Source: a virus | Reading direction: 5' to 3' (one strand) | DNA: 64,000 bases | Virus record (IMG/VR): IMGVR_UViG_3300013947_000002 | Span: 32,001-96,000 of that record | Shown: positions 9,510-18,572 of the stretch, one piece after another | Layout of the letters: every line of letters begins with the position of its first letter | Position numbering within the stretch: the first letter of the stretch is position 1 | Made by a program: the position numbers and the translations under genes | Notes under the pieces: model-generated | Databases searched by the model: none | Told to the model about the DNA's origin: nothing | What the model saw: the letters and a program-made list of their open reading frames with translations, nothing else

Positions 9510-9722
9510 ATGCCACGAACAAAGAAAATTAACCCGCGCGTCCAATATGGCGACACTAGCTGGATTGTCAATGATTGCGGCAATGGGCAATTCGAGCTGT
9601 ATAATACCAGCACCAAACAAATTCCAGCAAAGAGTAATAATCCACTGGATTTTGATAAATATATTGACAAAATTTTTGGTAAGGAGGCGGCTAAGAATGT
9701 TCGAGATTTTCAAGCTGAATAA
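9510..9722 (+). CDS. hypothetical protein (70 aa)
   Basis: First ORF after the promoter, with SD gaggtg upstream of the ATG. Confidence 0.5.
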   Translation: MPRTKKINPRVQYGDTSWIVNDCGNGQFELYNTSTKQIPAKSNNPLDFDKYIDKIFGKEAAKNVRDFQAE

Positions 9723-10857
9723 GAAGAAGAAAGAGCTTGAAGGGCAGATTTCCAAATTAGAATCAACTATTGCAGAGCAACAAGAGAATATTTCTTACAC
9801 ACAGCTCAACATCGATATGTTGCACAAAGAAGAAAAGAAAGCACAATCTGCCGCGCTTCAAGAACAGAACAACTTAGATATTCTTGAAAACAAAATCCAC
9901 GCTATCGAAGAAATGCAGGATTATAACATCCCATATTATCAGGATTCGCTTGATGAACTTGAACATCGCCGCTATGAACTACAGAGCAAGATTGAATTGG
10001 CTGTGAATACTGGTCTGTATCGCATCGAACAAGGATATACGCTCAATGGCTCTGACAGGCGCGGCAAGGAAATGCAGGACGTATATGGGCGAGGACTGGT
10101 TTGCAGTTGCAACGCTTATATTGACAGCAAAGAAAAATCGCTGACAACAGGCAATATTGCTAAAAGCAAAGAATTGATTAAGAATAAATTTAATTCTTAT
10201 CAGTCCAAAGCCGGTAAGGTCGGCTTGGCGCTTAATGCTGAATATGTCAAGGCGCGACTTGATATGTTTGATGTCAATTTGGCCATCAAGGTTAAAAAGA
10301 AGGAAGAAGCAGCTAAGATTAGAGAAGAAAAGCGGCGGCTTAGAGAGCAAGAGCAATTGTTGGCTGATATTGCTAGAGAACGCGCCAAGCTGATTGAAGA
10401 AAAGAAAGCAATGAATATTGCATTTAGCAAGGCATTGACAGATGATGAGCGCAATGAGATTAAGGCTCAGCTTGCTAGTATTGATAAGCGACTTGATTCT
10501 ATTGCATATCGTGAAGCACATAGTAAAGCTGGTTGGCTATATGTTATTAGCTCGCCCAGCTTGCCCGGATTGACCAAAATCGGTTGCACGCGGAGATTGG
10601 TACCAATGGTGCGCGTGAAAGAATTATCAAGTTCCTCGCTCCCGTCACCATTTGTAGCTCATTGCTTTGTATTTAGTGATGATTGCTTTGAGCTTGAATC
10701 GCAGATGCACAAATATTTTGACAAAGAGCGAGTCAATCCTGATAGAGAATTTTTCCGCATTGAGCCGAAAGAGGCCATTGAGGTGCTAAGAGAAATTTTT
10801 GACGTTGATGTCCATTTTGTAGATGAAGATTGTGAAGATAATGAGGAGGATAAATAA
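9697..10857 (+). CDS. DUF4041-like coiled-coil protein with C-terminal T5orf172/GIY-YIG-like domain
   Basis: Start at ATG 9697 behind aaggagg. C-terminus GWLYVISSPSLPGLTKIGCTRR...RVKELSSSSLPSPFVAHCFVFSDDCFELESQMHKYFDKERVNPDREFF matches the T5orf172 pattern. Confidence 0.75.
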   Translation: MFEIFKLNKKKKELEGQISKLESTIAEQQENISYTQLNIDMLHKEEKKAQSAALQEQNNLDILENKIHAIEEMQDYNIPYYQDSLDELEHRRYELQSKIELAVNTGLYRIEQGYTLNGSDRRGKEMQDVYGRGLVCSCNAYIDSKEKSLTTGNIAKSKELIKNKFNSYQSKAGKVGLALNAEYVKARLDMFDVNLAIKVKKKEEAAKIREEKRRLREQEQLLADIARERAKLIEEKKAMNIAFSKALTDDERNEIKAQLASIDKRLDSIAYREAHSKAGWLYVISSPSLPGLTKIGCTRRLVPMVRVKELSSSSLPSPFVAHCFVFSDDCFELESQMHKYFDKERVNPDREFFRIEPKEAIEVLREIFDVDVHFVDEDCEDNEEDK

Positions 10858-10858
10858 T

Positions 10859-11371
10859 ATGACAAGAAAAGAAAAGATTGATATTCTTGAATGGTATTGT
10901 GACCATTGCGGCGATACTTGTGATGGATGCCCGTTTAATACTGTCGAGAACTATGGATGTGACTTTTCAGAAATGAATGACACAAAACTAGACAAGTTGT
11001 GTAAACACCTGAATGACGCAGACCAAGCCGCTTATGAAAACGCTGTTAATGAGTATTGTCACACAGAACCAGATGATCTTGAACTCCATATCGACCCAAA
11101 GGCGGCTCGCCACTATGCTATCTGCCAAAAACTCAATGCGGTATATAAGGCTAAGAATCATGATTATGGGGATTCATTTGGTGATACGTTCAAAAAGCTC
11201 GGCATTATCAGCGCAGTGACTCGCCTGAGCGATAAAATGAACCGACTTATGTCACTTGCTGTGGCACACGATGCCCAGGTAAAAGATGAAAAGATTGAGG
11301 ATACGCTACTTGACATGGCTAATTATGCAATTATGACGCTGATTGAATTGGGATATGAGGTAGATGAATAA
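10859..11371 (+). CDS. DUF1599/MazG-like nucleotide pyrophosphohydrolase-like protein
   Basis: Start at ATG 10859 behind ggagg. YKAKNHDYGDSFGDTFKKLG...RLSDKMNRL resembles the KxxDYG DUF1599 core. Confidence 0.5.
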   Translation: MTRKEKIDILEWYCDHCGDTCDGCPFNTVENYGCDFSEMNDTKLDKLCKHLNDADQAAYENAVNEYCHTEPDDLELHIDPKAARHYAICQKLNAVYKAKNHDYGDSFGDTFKKLGIISAVTRLSDKMNRLMSLAVAHDAQVKDEKIEDTLLDMANYAIMTLIELGYEVDE

Positions 11372-11619
11372 TGGCTGATTGTATTGATCGTGATGCACTG
11401 ATTGATAATTTGCAGAAATTCGCGTCAAACAGTTATGACGCTTATGTGAACAATATCATCATGGGTATGCCTAGAGCCAATGTTAAAAAAATTGTAACGG
11501 CACATTGGTTTTTTGGTGACGATGGTGTGTTCATTTGTAGCAAATGTGGCAATGCAGAGTCTAGCAATGGTCGTTACTGTTCGTATTGTGGTGCTGAAAT
11601 GAGCGAGGTTGCAGAATGA
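11371..11619 (+). CDS. hypothetical protein, C-terminal zinc ribbon
   Basis: CSKCGN...CSYCG. The N-terminus MADCIDRDALIDNL is paralogous to 12615..12929. Confidence 0.5.
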   Translation: MADCIDRDALIDNLQKFASNSYDAYVNNIIMGMPRANVKKIVTAHWFFGDDGVFICSKCGNAESSNGRYCSYCGAEMSEVAE

Positions 11620-11789
11620 GTGTATATATCAAACTTGAGGATGCGGTTGAAGCATTTAAGAAAGCCGAAGCAGATGACATTGAGAGGTTTGGTTATCATA
11701 TCGTTGACTGCTTTCCATCGGACAGAGCCATTGAAATCATCTGTAAATGTCATAGGTATTTGAGTAAAGACTACGAGGTTACAGAATGA
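11616..11789 (+). CDS. small hypothetical protein (57 aa)
   Basis: Own translation MSVYIKLEDAVEAFKKAEADDIERFG... with ATGA overlaps at both ends. Confidence 0.4.
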   Translation: MSVYIKLEDAVEAFKKAEADDIERFGYHIVDCFPSDRAIEIICKCHRYLSKDYEVTE

Positions 11790-11968
11790 CTAATCGTGAA
11801 TGGTTTGAGTTGAATTACTCGGAAGATAATAGGTTGGATTATATAAATAGTAAATGTCCACCCAGCACTGGTGGATATCCCAATTGTTCACATTTAATTG
11901 ATGATGTAACCTGTGATATTTGTTGGGAACAATGGCTCAGAGAGGAATACAATGAACCAGAGAACTAG
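11786..11968 (+). CDS. hypothetical protein (60 aa)
   Basis: Track ORF coupled to its neighbours. Confidence 0.4.
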   Translation: MTNREWFELNYSEDNRLDYINSKCPPSTGGYPNCSHLIDDVTCDICWEQWLREEYNEPEN

Positions 11969-12368
11969 GCGCGGCATTGAATCGGCGCGTCGAGCTAGCT
12001 ATGAATCTGCTTTTCCTCGCTATCATCTTGGAGCGGCGTTGTATTATAAGGGTGTATTGCTTGCTACTGGTTGCAACAGTACCAAAACAAGCCCATTGCA
12101 AAAGCGGCTCAATGCAGAGCGCGATTTCAACCCAGACCAGAGTGGCGTGGTCAATTCGCTCCATGCGGAAATTAGAGCATTGAGCAAAGTAAAATATCTG
12201 GATATTGATTTTGATAAAACCACGCTTTATATTTACAGAGAATATGCAAATGGCAATAAAGCAATGGCGCGACCATGCCCAGCCTGTATGCGATATATTA
12301 AAGAGCTGGGTATTAAGAATATATGCTATAGTACGGCCGATGGAATTGCCGAAGAAAGGATTGATTGA
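11952..12368 (+). CDS. dCMP/cytidine deaminase
   Basis: HAEIRAL and PCPACMRYI zinc-binding motifs. Start at ATG 11952. Confidence 0.85.
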   Translation: MNQRTRRGIESARRASYESAFPRYHLGAALYYKGVLLATGCNSTKTSPLQKRLNAERDFNPDQSGVVNSLHAEIRALSKVKYLDIDFDKTTLYIYREYANGNKAMARPCPACMRYIKELGIKNICYSTADGIAEERID

Positions 12369-12622
12369 TAATGCAACCGATTGACCTAGATTCTGAATAT
12401 ATCAAAGAAACCCTATATCGCACCGGCTTTAAGTCGAGAAAAGATATTGAGGATTGGTTGAATGCTGCGCCAGTTGTTGATGCTGTACCGGTTGTTAGAT
12501 GTAAGGATTGCATCTATTTTGGCGTGAATGATGAAAATGTACCATATTGCTTTAACAGGTTTGGACTTGATGACCTTGAGCTAAATGGATATTGTAATTA
12601 TGGGAGGGTAAATAATGGCTGA
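12365..12622 (+). CDS. hypothetical protein (VVRCKDCIYF family)
   Basis: Track ORF; paralogous motif shared with 12615..12929. Confidence 0.45.
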   Translation: MIMQPIDLDSEYIKETLYRTGFKSRKDIEDWLNAAPVVDAVPVVRCKDCIYFGVNDENVPYCFNRFGLDDLELNGYCNYGRVNNG

Positions 12623-12929
12623 TTATATCCGGCGCGAGGATCTGATGGCCGCACGGGAACAAGCGATTCGTGTGTATGAAAATGCAAATATTTTCAATGC
12701 CGCCGCAATCCGAGAAGATTTAAGACCGCTTCTGGATGCTGTTGTCGACGTACCCGCTGCAAATATTACAGAGATTATCCATTGTAAAGATTGTGCCTAT
12801 TTTCATCCATATCCATTTGAGCCCGAGTATGGCAGTTGCAAATATCATCTTGACCCCGACTTACAATGGGAAGAAAAGAAAGAAACGGACTACTGTAGTG
12901 ATGCAGAGAGGTTAGAAGATGAAGATTGA
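12615..12929 (+). CDS. hypothetical protein (IHCKDCAYF family)
   Basis: Track ORF; paralogous motif shared with its neighbours. Confidence 0.45.
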   Translation: MADYIRREDLMAAREQAIRVYENANIFNAAAIREDLRPLLDAVVDVPAANITEIIHCKDCAYFHPYPFEPEYGSCKYHLDPDLQWEEKKETDYCSDAERLEDED

Positions 12930-13419
12930 AAGAATCTGGGCAATGCCGAACAAATGGACTTTTAGTATTAAGCCAATTGCACAGTTGCTTAGAGATGAAA
13001 TTGGCGATGGTCTATGGGTCGACCCGTTTGCTGGCGAAATGTCTCCGGCTCAAATTACAAACGACCTGAACCCAGAACGGCCAACAACATACCATATGGA
13101 CGCGCTTGATTTTCTAAAGATGTTTGACGGTAATTCCATAGACGGGATTCTATATGATCCGCCATATTCCCCAAGGCAGGTTAAGGAATGCTATGATGGT
13201 ATTGGTGGCGAGTTGAAATGGGATGGCCGGACAAACTTTTGGAGCGATACAAAGAACGAATGTGCGCGTATTCTAAAGTTAAACGGTAAGATTATTTGTT
13301 TTGGTTGGAACAGCATGGGGCTTGGAAAAAATCGCGGCTTTGAGATGACAAGGATTTTGCTTGTACCTCATGGTGGGAGTCGTAATGATACAATCTGTAC
13401 AGTTGAGGTTAAGTGTTAA
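12919..13419 (+). CDS. small orphan DNA methyltransferase (N6A/N4C type)
   Basis: VDPFAGE (AdoMet loop) followed by ILYDPPYS (DPPY catalytic motif). Confidence 0.7.
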   Translation: MKIERIWAMPNKWTFSIKPIAQLLRDEIGDGLWVDPFAGEMSPAQITNDLNPERPTTYHMDALDFLKMFDGNSIDGILYDPPYSPRQVKECYDGIGGELKWDGRTNFWSDTKNECARILKLNGKIICFGWNSMGLGKNRGFEMTRILLVPHGGSRNDTICTVEVKC

Positions 13420-13546
13420 TGTGGACAAAATTCAAACGATGGCTAATTCGAAAGCTGGGCGGCTTTGCTGATGGATATAGGGTGCCTGATGAATGTAAGG
13501 AGAAGGTAAAGAAAGTGATTGAGAAATGAAAGGAGAGTAAAGATAA

Positions 13547-13810
13547 ATGAAACGGATTGCAATTATCATCAGCATGATTTTTTGTGTATTGCTTGGTGCT
13601 TGTAGCGTCACTATGGTAAATGCAGAACAAAACAGACCGGTTAAAATTTGGGCTGAAAATAGCAATGGATCTTACGATGTTTGTATTGTCGTAGATGAAA
13701 CTACTGGCGTGAATTATATTGTTGTTGGCGGAGATATGTATCAACGCCCAAGAGGAACTGCAATCACTCCTAGACTAAACGAGGATGGTACGCTATATGT
13801 TAGTAAATGA
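13547..13810 (+). CDS. putative lipoprotein
   Basis: Signal peptide MKRIAIIISMIFCVLLGAC with lipobox LGAC. Confidence 0.6.
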   Translation: MKRIAIIISMIFCVLLGACSVTMVNAEQNRPVKIWAENSNGSYDVCIVVDETTGVNYIVVGGDMYQRPRGTAITPRLNEDGTLYVSK

Positions 13811-14006
13811 TAAAATTATTACATCGGTATGTGATGGTTGCTTAAATTGGCACATCTGCAAATTTAGCGACGATGTGAAGCGCGCCGAGATTGAGTACAG
13901 AAAGATGCAGGAGGGCGCAAATTGGCCTGAATGTGTAGAAACGACGCTAGGATGTAAGCATAAGCAATGTGTAAGTAACCAGTGGTTGTATGACATCGGT
14001 AGATAG
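13797..14006 (+). CDS. hypothetical protein
   Basis: Track ORF 13785..14006, taken from its internal ATG. Confidence 0.4.
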   Translation: MLVNDKIITSVCDGCLNWHICKFSDDVKRAEIEYRKMQEGANWPECVETTLGCKHKQCVSNQWLYDIGR

Positions 14007-14121
14007 CACAACGACAAAAGCTGAATATATGCCGTCTGATTATACAAAATACGTTAATTATGATGATGACGATATTCATGATATTTTAGACGGATATAGT
14101 AAGGCTCGTTATAAATAAAAT

Positions 14122-14177
14122 AAAAAATCTGCCCCAAAACCCTATATATGTAGGGAATGAAATGGGGCAGATTTTTA
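14122..14177. terminator. bidirectional intrinsic terminator
   Basis: A-run, then atctgcccca ... tggggcagat (10 bp), then a T-run. Inner hairpin ccctatatatgtaggg. Sits between convergent genes. Confidence 0.75.
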
Positions 14178-15218
14178 TTGCTTATTGCGCTCATTTTTAA
14201 TCAGGTCTTTGAGTTTATCTGGTTGCGCAGGATTCATGTTAATATCAACGAACTCGCGCCGCTCTTTGCCAGTGATACAACTGAGCTGACTGGTCTGAAT
14301 AATCTTAACACAAGCCTCTTTATTGATTTTTTCAAAGCTAGGATAATGCTCATAGACATCTAAGAGCCGGTTGGCAATCCATTCTTTAGTGGCTGGCTTA
14401 ATGACATACACCTCTTTCACAAGGTCGTATTTGCCGCCAAACGCCTCTTTGGTCAGTTCGCCAAGTCGCGCCTCAAATTTATTATATAGCTCTTGACTGA
14501 CATATGGCTTATATACCTTGTTGTCAACAACTTTGCCCCAATTTGGTGGCATAATCTCAGAAACAGCCTTGGAATGAATGGCTAGGCACGTCTGATGGTC
14601 TACGCTGTCTTCAGGCACGTCATGGGTGGCCATATACTCCTCACCGTTTTTATTGGTTTTGAGTTTATAGAGCCGGTAACCGCGATTTAGGTCGATGACG
14701 TAACGGTTCTTCATAGTCAGCAATTTGCGCCTAGTCCATTGAGCAAGGATATTGTATACTATACCATTGACTATGCCCATGTATCCATAACGCTCTGAAT
14801 CTGAGACGGCTTGACTGTAGGTATAATTAAAATTATCATTGACCTCTTGGAACATCCTGAGCAGATTGCTGGTCGAAGCATAAATGGTGGCACAGTTAGT
14901 CTTGAGGAAGATCTGGTAAAGGGCGGCTTCAAATGCGGCCTGATACGAGTCTTTGTCTAGCTCATTGATAAGAGAATCAGCCTCTGGATAGACTTCTTGG
15001 ACAATATAGCGGGTCGGATATGAATTAGGCACAATATCAAGTTGGCAATAGTTGCGAATTTTATCAAGTTGATAGGAGCGAGAATTTCCGTTTTTTGGTG
15101 GAATATCAACTGCAGCACATAACTCTGAATATTTTAATTCGCGCCCTTCTATACCGACTAGAGCGTCAATTAGTTTATTATCTTCATTGGACGGCAGATA
15201 TTTTGATTTGTTTGGCAT
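14175..15218 (-). CDS. hypothetical protein (347 aa), the only reverse-oriented gene in the plus block
   Basis: Start at ATG 15218 behind aaaggaaa. No motif recognised. Lies beside the DnaA-box/AT-rich region. Confidence 0.6.
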   Translation of the reverse strand: MPNKSKYLPSNEDNKLIDALVGIEGRELKYSELCAAVDIPPKNGNSRSYQLDKIRNYCQLDIVPNSYPTRYIVQEVYPEADSLINELDKDSYQAAFEAALYQIFLKTNCATIYASTSNLLRMFQEVNDNFNYTYSQAVSDSERYGYMGIVNGIVYNILAQWTRRKLLTMKNRYVIDLNRGYRLYKLKTNKNGEEYMATHDVPEDSVDHQTCLAIHSKAVSEIMPPNWGKVVDNKVYKPYVSQELYNKFEARLGELTKEAFGGKYDLVKEVYVIKPATKEWIANRLLDVYEHYPSFEKINKEACVKIIQTSQLSCITGKERREFVDINMNPAQPDKLKDLIKNERNKQ

Positions 15219-15618
15219 ATTATTTCCTTTCTGTAACAATTTTGTAATGTTGGGACGTTCGTGGGTCTCCACTGGGACTTTGCGTGACGCTTTTATAGAA
15301 ATACTATATTAGTATCAGCGAACGTCCCAGTCCGCCCCATTATCTAATTATACTATATTTTGATTGGCTATTTGTTAATAAATTGTAAATTATGTCATAG
15401 ATTATTGGATTTACCGATTAAGTAAAATAGCAATCGTTATAAGGTGTGTGGTTTGATTTATTTTTTTTATCATGCTTTACAGGGTATGTGATTTGTAGTG
15501 CTACATACCATTTTCATCCATTTTTACCAGTTTCATCCATATCCCAGCCCCCGTCCTGGAAAATGCTGGCATCTTGAAAAACACCTGAAAATAGCACTTT
15601 GCAGGCGTATCGGCGAAG

Positions 15619-15647
15619 TTGTCCACTTTTCCACAGGTTTATCCACA
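15619..15647 (+). promoter_or_regulatory. three tandem DnaA-box-like 9-mers
   Basis: TTGTCCACT (15619-27), TTTTCCACA (15627-35) and TTATCCACA (15639-47, perfect consensus), all in the same orientation. Confidence 0.6.
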
Positions 15648-16433
15648 AGTTGCCAAGTGGTAACTCAAAAATCCAGATTCTGGTATCAAAATCGATATCC
15701 AAAATTTTGATATATAACGCGTGTTATATTACACGGATCGCATTTTTAGTAAACACAATTCACCTATTTACTCCAAGTAAATACCTATTACCATCATATA
15801 AATAATTATTATATCCACGTCAATAAACATTTACTTAAAATAAACATATACTATATCCTGCAATATAACCTAATATACCGCACTAGATGTTATACTATTG
15901 TAACTATTGTAATAAGTATATCATATCACTATTTTTATCAATACAATATATCGATAAAAAGTTAGTATAGTCAATATCGATATAAATATACTGATTGATA
16001 ACAAGAATCATTCTCATATGTATAATAATACAGTATATACATAGCATACTCATAGTCAATAGCGCACATTCTAACTTTTTTATAGTATAATGGCCGCCTT
16101 TACCTATAAAACAGTGAATATTGTAACTGTATAAAAACTGTATAACGGAATAAAAAGATCAGGCATATAAAAACACGCCTGCACATAAAAACGGCATCAC
16201 AGGACTATTATAGCTTTTTGTCCAGTCCAGCTATCATATACTATATAAATAAGAGATAGCCGTTAGTCAATTTATACAATTCAAACGCTTGTAATTTGTG
16301 CAAAATGTACTATTGACTTTTGCAGCGTTCTGGTATATCATATCGCAGCAGTGACGCGGGGAAGGCCGGCGAAATATCCGGCAAACCGCTAAAATAAACA
16401 AAACAATCACTTAAAAATTTTACAATATGCCGA

Positions 16434-16462
16434 TTGACAAAAAGAAATTTATCGGATATACT
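16434..16462 (+). promoter_or_regulatory. sigma70-type promoter of the G+C-richer gene island
   Basis: TTGACA 16434-39, 17 nt spacer, TATACT 16457-62. Confidence 0.6.
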
Positions 16463-16510
16463 CAAGGCACGATAAACAACTACAACAAAACATTTTAGGA
16501 GGAACAAAAA

Positions 16511-16903
16511 ATGAAAATCACTGTAAAATCTTTTGAGCCGCAAGAAAACATGAACGCTTACATCAGGGACCAGGAAGCAAAGCATCTTTGCAAGGGATTC
16601 AAGGCTATAGCAATCGACGGGGAAAAACTGGTAGAACTGGTAGATTTGAGAATCGGTGCAACCGCATCAACTGCATATGCTTGCGTATGGTTCAAAGGCG
16701 CGGATAAGTGGGCATACGGTTCTGGCAAGGCTTCCGGCTATGGATACGATAAGGGGAGCGCCGCTGTTGAATCAGCCTTCCGTGCTGCTGGCATGGTAAC
16801 TTCTGGTTTCGGCGGTACTGGATGCAATCGAGAGGCTGTGCAAGCTGCCGGGGAATATCTGTCAAACGAAAAGCCCGTGTTCGTCGTAGAATTTTACGGA
16901 TAA
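16511..16903 (+). CDS. hypothetical protein (130 aa)
   Basis: SD aggagg 8 nt upstream. Gly/Ala-rich; no motif recognised. Confidence 0.6.
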   Translation: MKITVKSFEPQENMNAYIRDQEAKHLCKGFKAIAIDGEKLVELVDLRIGATASTAYACVWFKGADKWAYGSGKASGYGYDKGSAAVESAFRAAGMVTSGFGGTGCNREAVQAAGEYLSNEKPVFVVEFYG

Positions 16904-16990
16904 ACATTTCCGCGCGGTTTCTTAAGGGTTTCCGCTCAAAAAGCCCTATTCCATGAACAAAAATTTTATAAAAATTTGGAGGAATTTACA

Positions 16991-17272
16991 ATGAAGTTTT
17001 ATCAAGTAAAGCACGAGGCCGACAACAAAAAACTTGACAAAAATTGGAATATTTTTGTCGGCGGCGAACTGTTTACCGAAAAAGAGATGGAAAAATATGG
17101 TAGACGGTGGGCAGATAGAAATAACTATGACCGGAATCGAGAAATGGCATACACAAAAAGACAACGTGAACTTTTTATGGAACATTTTATTGAACGAGAA
17201 ATTCCAAAAAACAAGACTTTTTGGATGTTTGGTGCGCGTTTCCCGTTCAAAGAATATAAACTGGAGGCGTGA
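16991..17272 (+). CDS. hypothetical protein
   Basis: ATG 16991 behind ggagg. Confidence 0.5.
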   Translation: MKFYQVKHEADNKKLDKNWNIFVGGELFTEKEMEKYGRRWADRNNYDRNREMAYTKRQRELFMEHFIEREIPKNKTFWMFGARFPFKEYKLEA

Positions 17273-17395
17273 CCATGAAAAGAAAAAAGTTAAACCCGGT
17301 TTACTGGGCATTTCAAATTTTGGGCGGCATGATTGCATTTACTAGCATTTTCTGGATTCCTGCGCTTGTCTGTAAAATTTTAGGAGGTTGACGTA

Positions 17396-17608
17396 ATGAA
17401 AAGATTCGTTCTCGAATATGCACATTTTGAAAAATCACGTCCGCGTGAGTATATGCCGGAGTGCGGACGCATTTTACATAATAAGGAATTGGACAAAATT
17501 GAATATTCATATATCCGTGGATATATCACGGAATCGGAAGCGGTAAAAATGATTTTGGAATCAGAAAGTAAAATCATTAAAGAATTACAGAAAGTAGGTT
17601 TAATGTGA
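17396..17608 (+). CDS. hypothetical protein
   Basis: ATG behind aggagg. Confidence 0.5.
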   Translation: MKRFVLEYAHFEKSRPREYMPECGRILHNKELDKIEYSYIRGYITESEAVKMILESESKIIKELQKVGLM

Positions 17609-17829
17609 TGCACACTGTAAAATATTGGGATAAAAAATTGCTTGCCTTGCAGAGTCTCGCGGACTCCGTAGGATATGATATTGACAACGACGCGGACTAT
17701 ATAGCCGCTTGCGCTTGCCAACCTGCAACGTTTGCGGAGTTTTGTAGAATGAAATACCCGCGCCCGGAGATTTTACCACTTTTTTACAACGTGGTCGAGC
17801 GTGTTCAATCTGTTAAAAATTGTAAATAA
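17605..17829 (+). CDS. hypothetical protein
   Basis: ATGTGATG overlap with the upstream ORF. Confidence 0.45.
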   Translation: MMHTVKYWDKKLLALQSLADSVGYDIDNDADYIAACACQPATFAEFCRMKYPRPEILPLFYNVVERVQSVKNCK

Positions 17830-17845
17830 TATGGAGGAAATTACC

Positions 17846-18250
17846 ATGGAAAGAACTACCAATTTTATGAACCGTATCCGTACCATTGCCAGAAAAAATC
17901 AGTTCCAGTATATGGTACTTGACAATTATGAAATCCCAGCCGTGCGCTTTACACCGTCCGACTACTGGGAAAAATCGGAAATTGTAAGCAAACTGAGAAA
18001 AACTGGGAAATACCACGTCGAAGAATCCAGATATGACTATACTTGCTACAATGAGTTTTGCGGAACCGTGTTAGTATTTGATGCACGGCAGTATGCCGAC
18101 TGGCGAGCGTTTCAGGATCGGCGTTCTCTGCTTATCGATTCCTTTTTCCTTGCGAGGCGGCACGGCTCCGATGCCTATGGTAAAAAATGCCAAGAACACT
18201 ATGCTCGGCGCAAGGGCATGATGCAGGAGTTTAACAGCATATACGCCTGA
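17846..18250 (+). CDS. hypothetical protein
   Basis: ATG 17846 lies 8 nt after ggagg. Confidence 0.5.
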   Translation: MERTTNFMNRIRTIARKNQFQYMVLDNYEIPAVRFTPSDYWEKSEIVSKLRKTGKYHVEESRYDYTCYNEFCGTVLVFDARQYADWRAFQDRRSLLIDSFFLARRHGSDAYGKKCQEHYARRKGMMQEFNSIYA

Positions 18251-18314
18251 GACGTCATACGCCGCCCGTAGCAAACCGAACAAGGAAAACGATAAACTAT
18301 AGCCAGACGCGCTG

Positions 18315-18416
18315 AAAAACCCGTGCGGAGGCGCTGAGGGCGTGAGACAAAAAAGGACGGCGAGAACATAAAACGGAATACAGATATAAACCCTCAGCGC
18401 CTCCGCACGGGTTTTT
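18315..18416. terminator. very long perfect inverted repeat (21 bp G+C-rich core, 26 bp with A/T runs), bidirectional terminator-like
   Basis: aaaaacccgtgcggaggcgctgaggg ... ccctcagcgcctccgcacgggttttt, with a ~50 nt loop. Confidence 0.6.
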
Positions 18417-18537
18417 CTTTGCTCCCCTATGTTCCTATATCCCGGCATAGTTCGCACCGTGTAAAGCCGCCAGAGCCGTCATAATGGCATTGTACAATAT
18501 GCCTAAAATGGACGACCATTTTTTATGCAATTTTTTG

Positions 18538-18566
18538 TTGACATATGGCGCACGATCTGCTATAAT
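18538..18566 (+). promoter_or_regulatory. consensus sigma70 promoter
   Basis: TTGACA 18538-43, 17 nt spacer, TATAAT 18561-66. Confidence 0.7.
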
Positions 18567-18572
18567 CAAAGT

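Noticed and set aside
9979-10521. 180-aa and 84-aa minus-strand ORFs
   Set aside because: They are antisense shadows of the Lys/Glu-rich coiled-coil region of the DUF4041/T5orf172 gene, and the sequence is low-complexity.
13409-13744. 111-aa minus-strand ORF
   Set aside because: It overlaps the plus-strand lipoprotein gene and the small coupled ORFs. It has no SD and implausible composition.
16946-17338. 130-aa minus-strand ORF
   Set aside because: It is antisense to two SD-preceded plus-strand ORFs and has a Phe/Lys-rich shadow composition.
18071-18457. 128-aa minus-strand ORF
   Set aside because: It overlaps the end of the plus-strand gene 17846..18250 and runs through the 26 bp inverted repeat. 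It has no SD.
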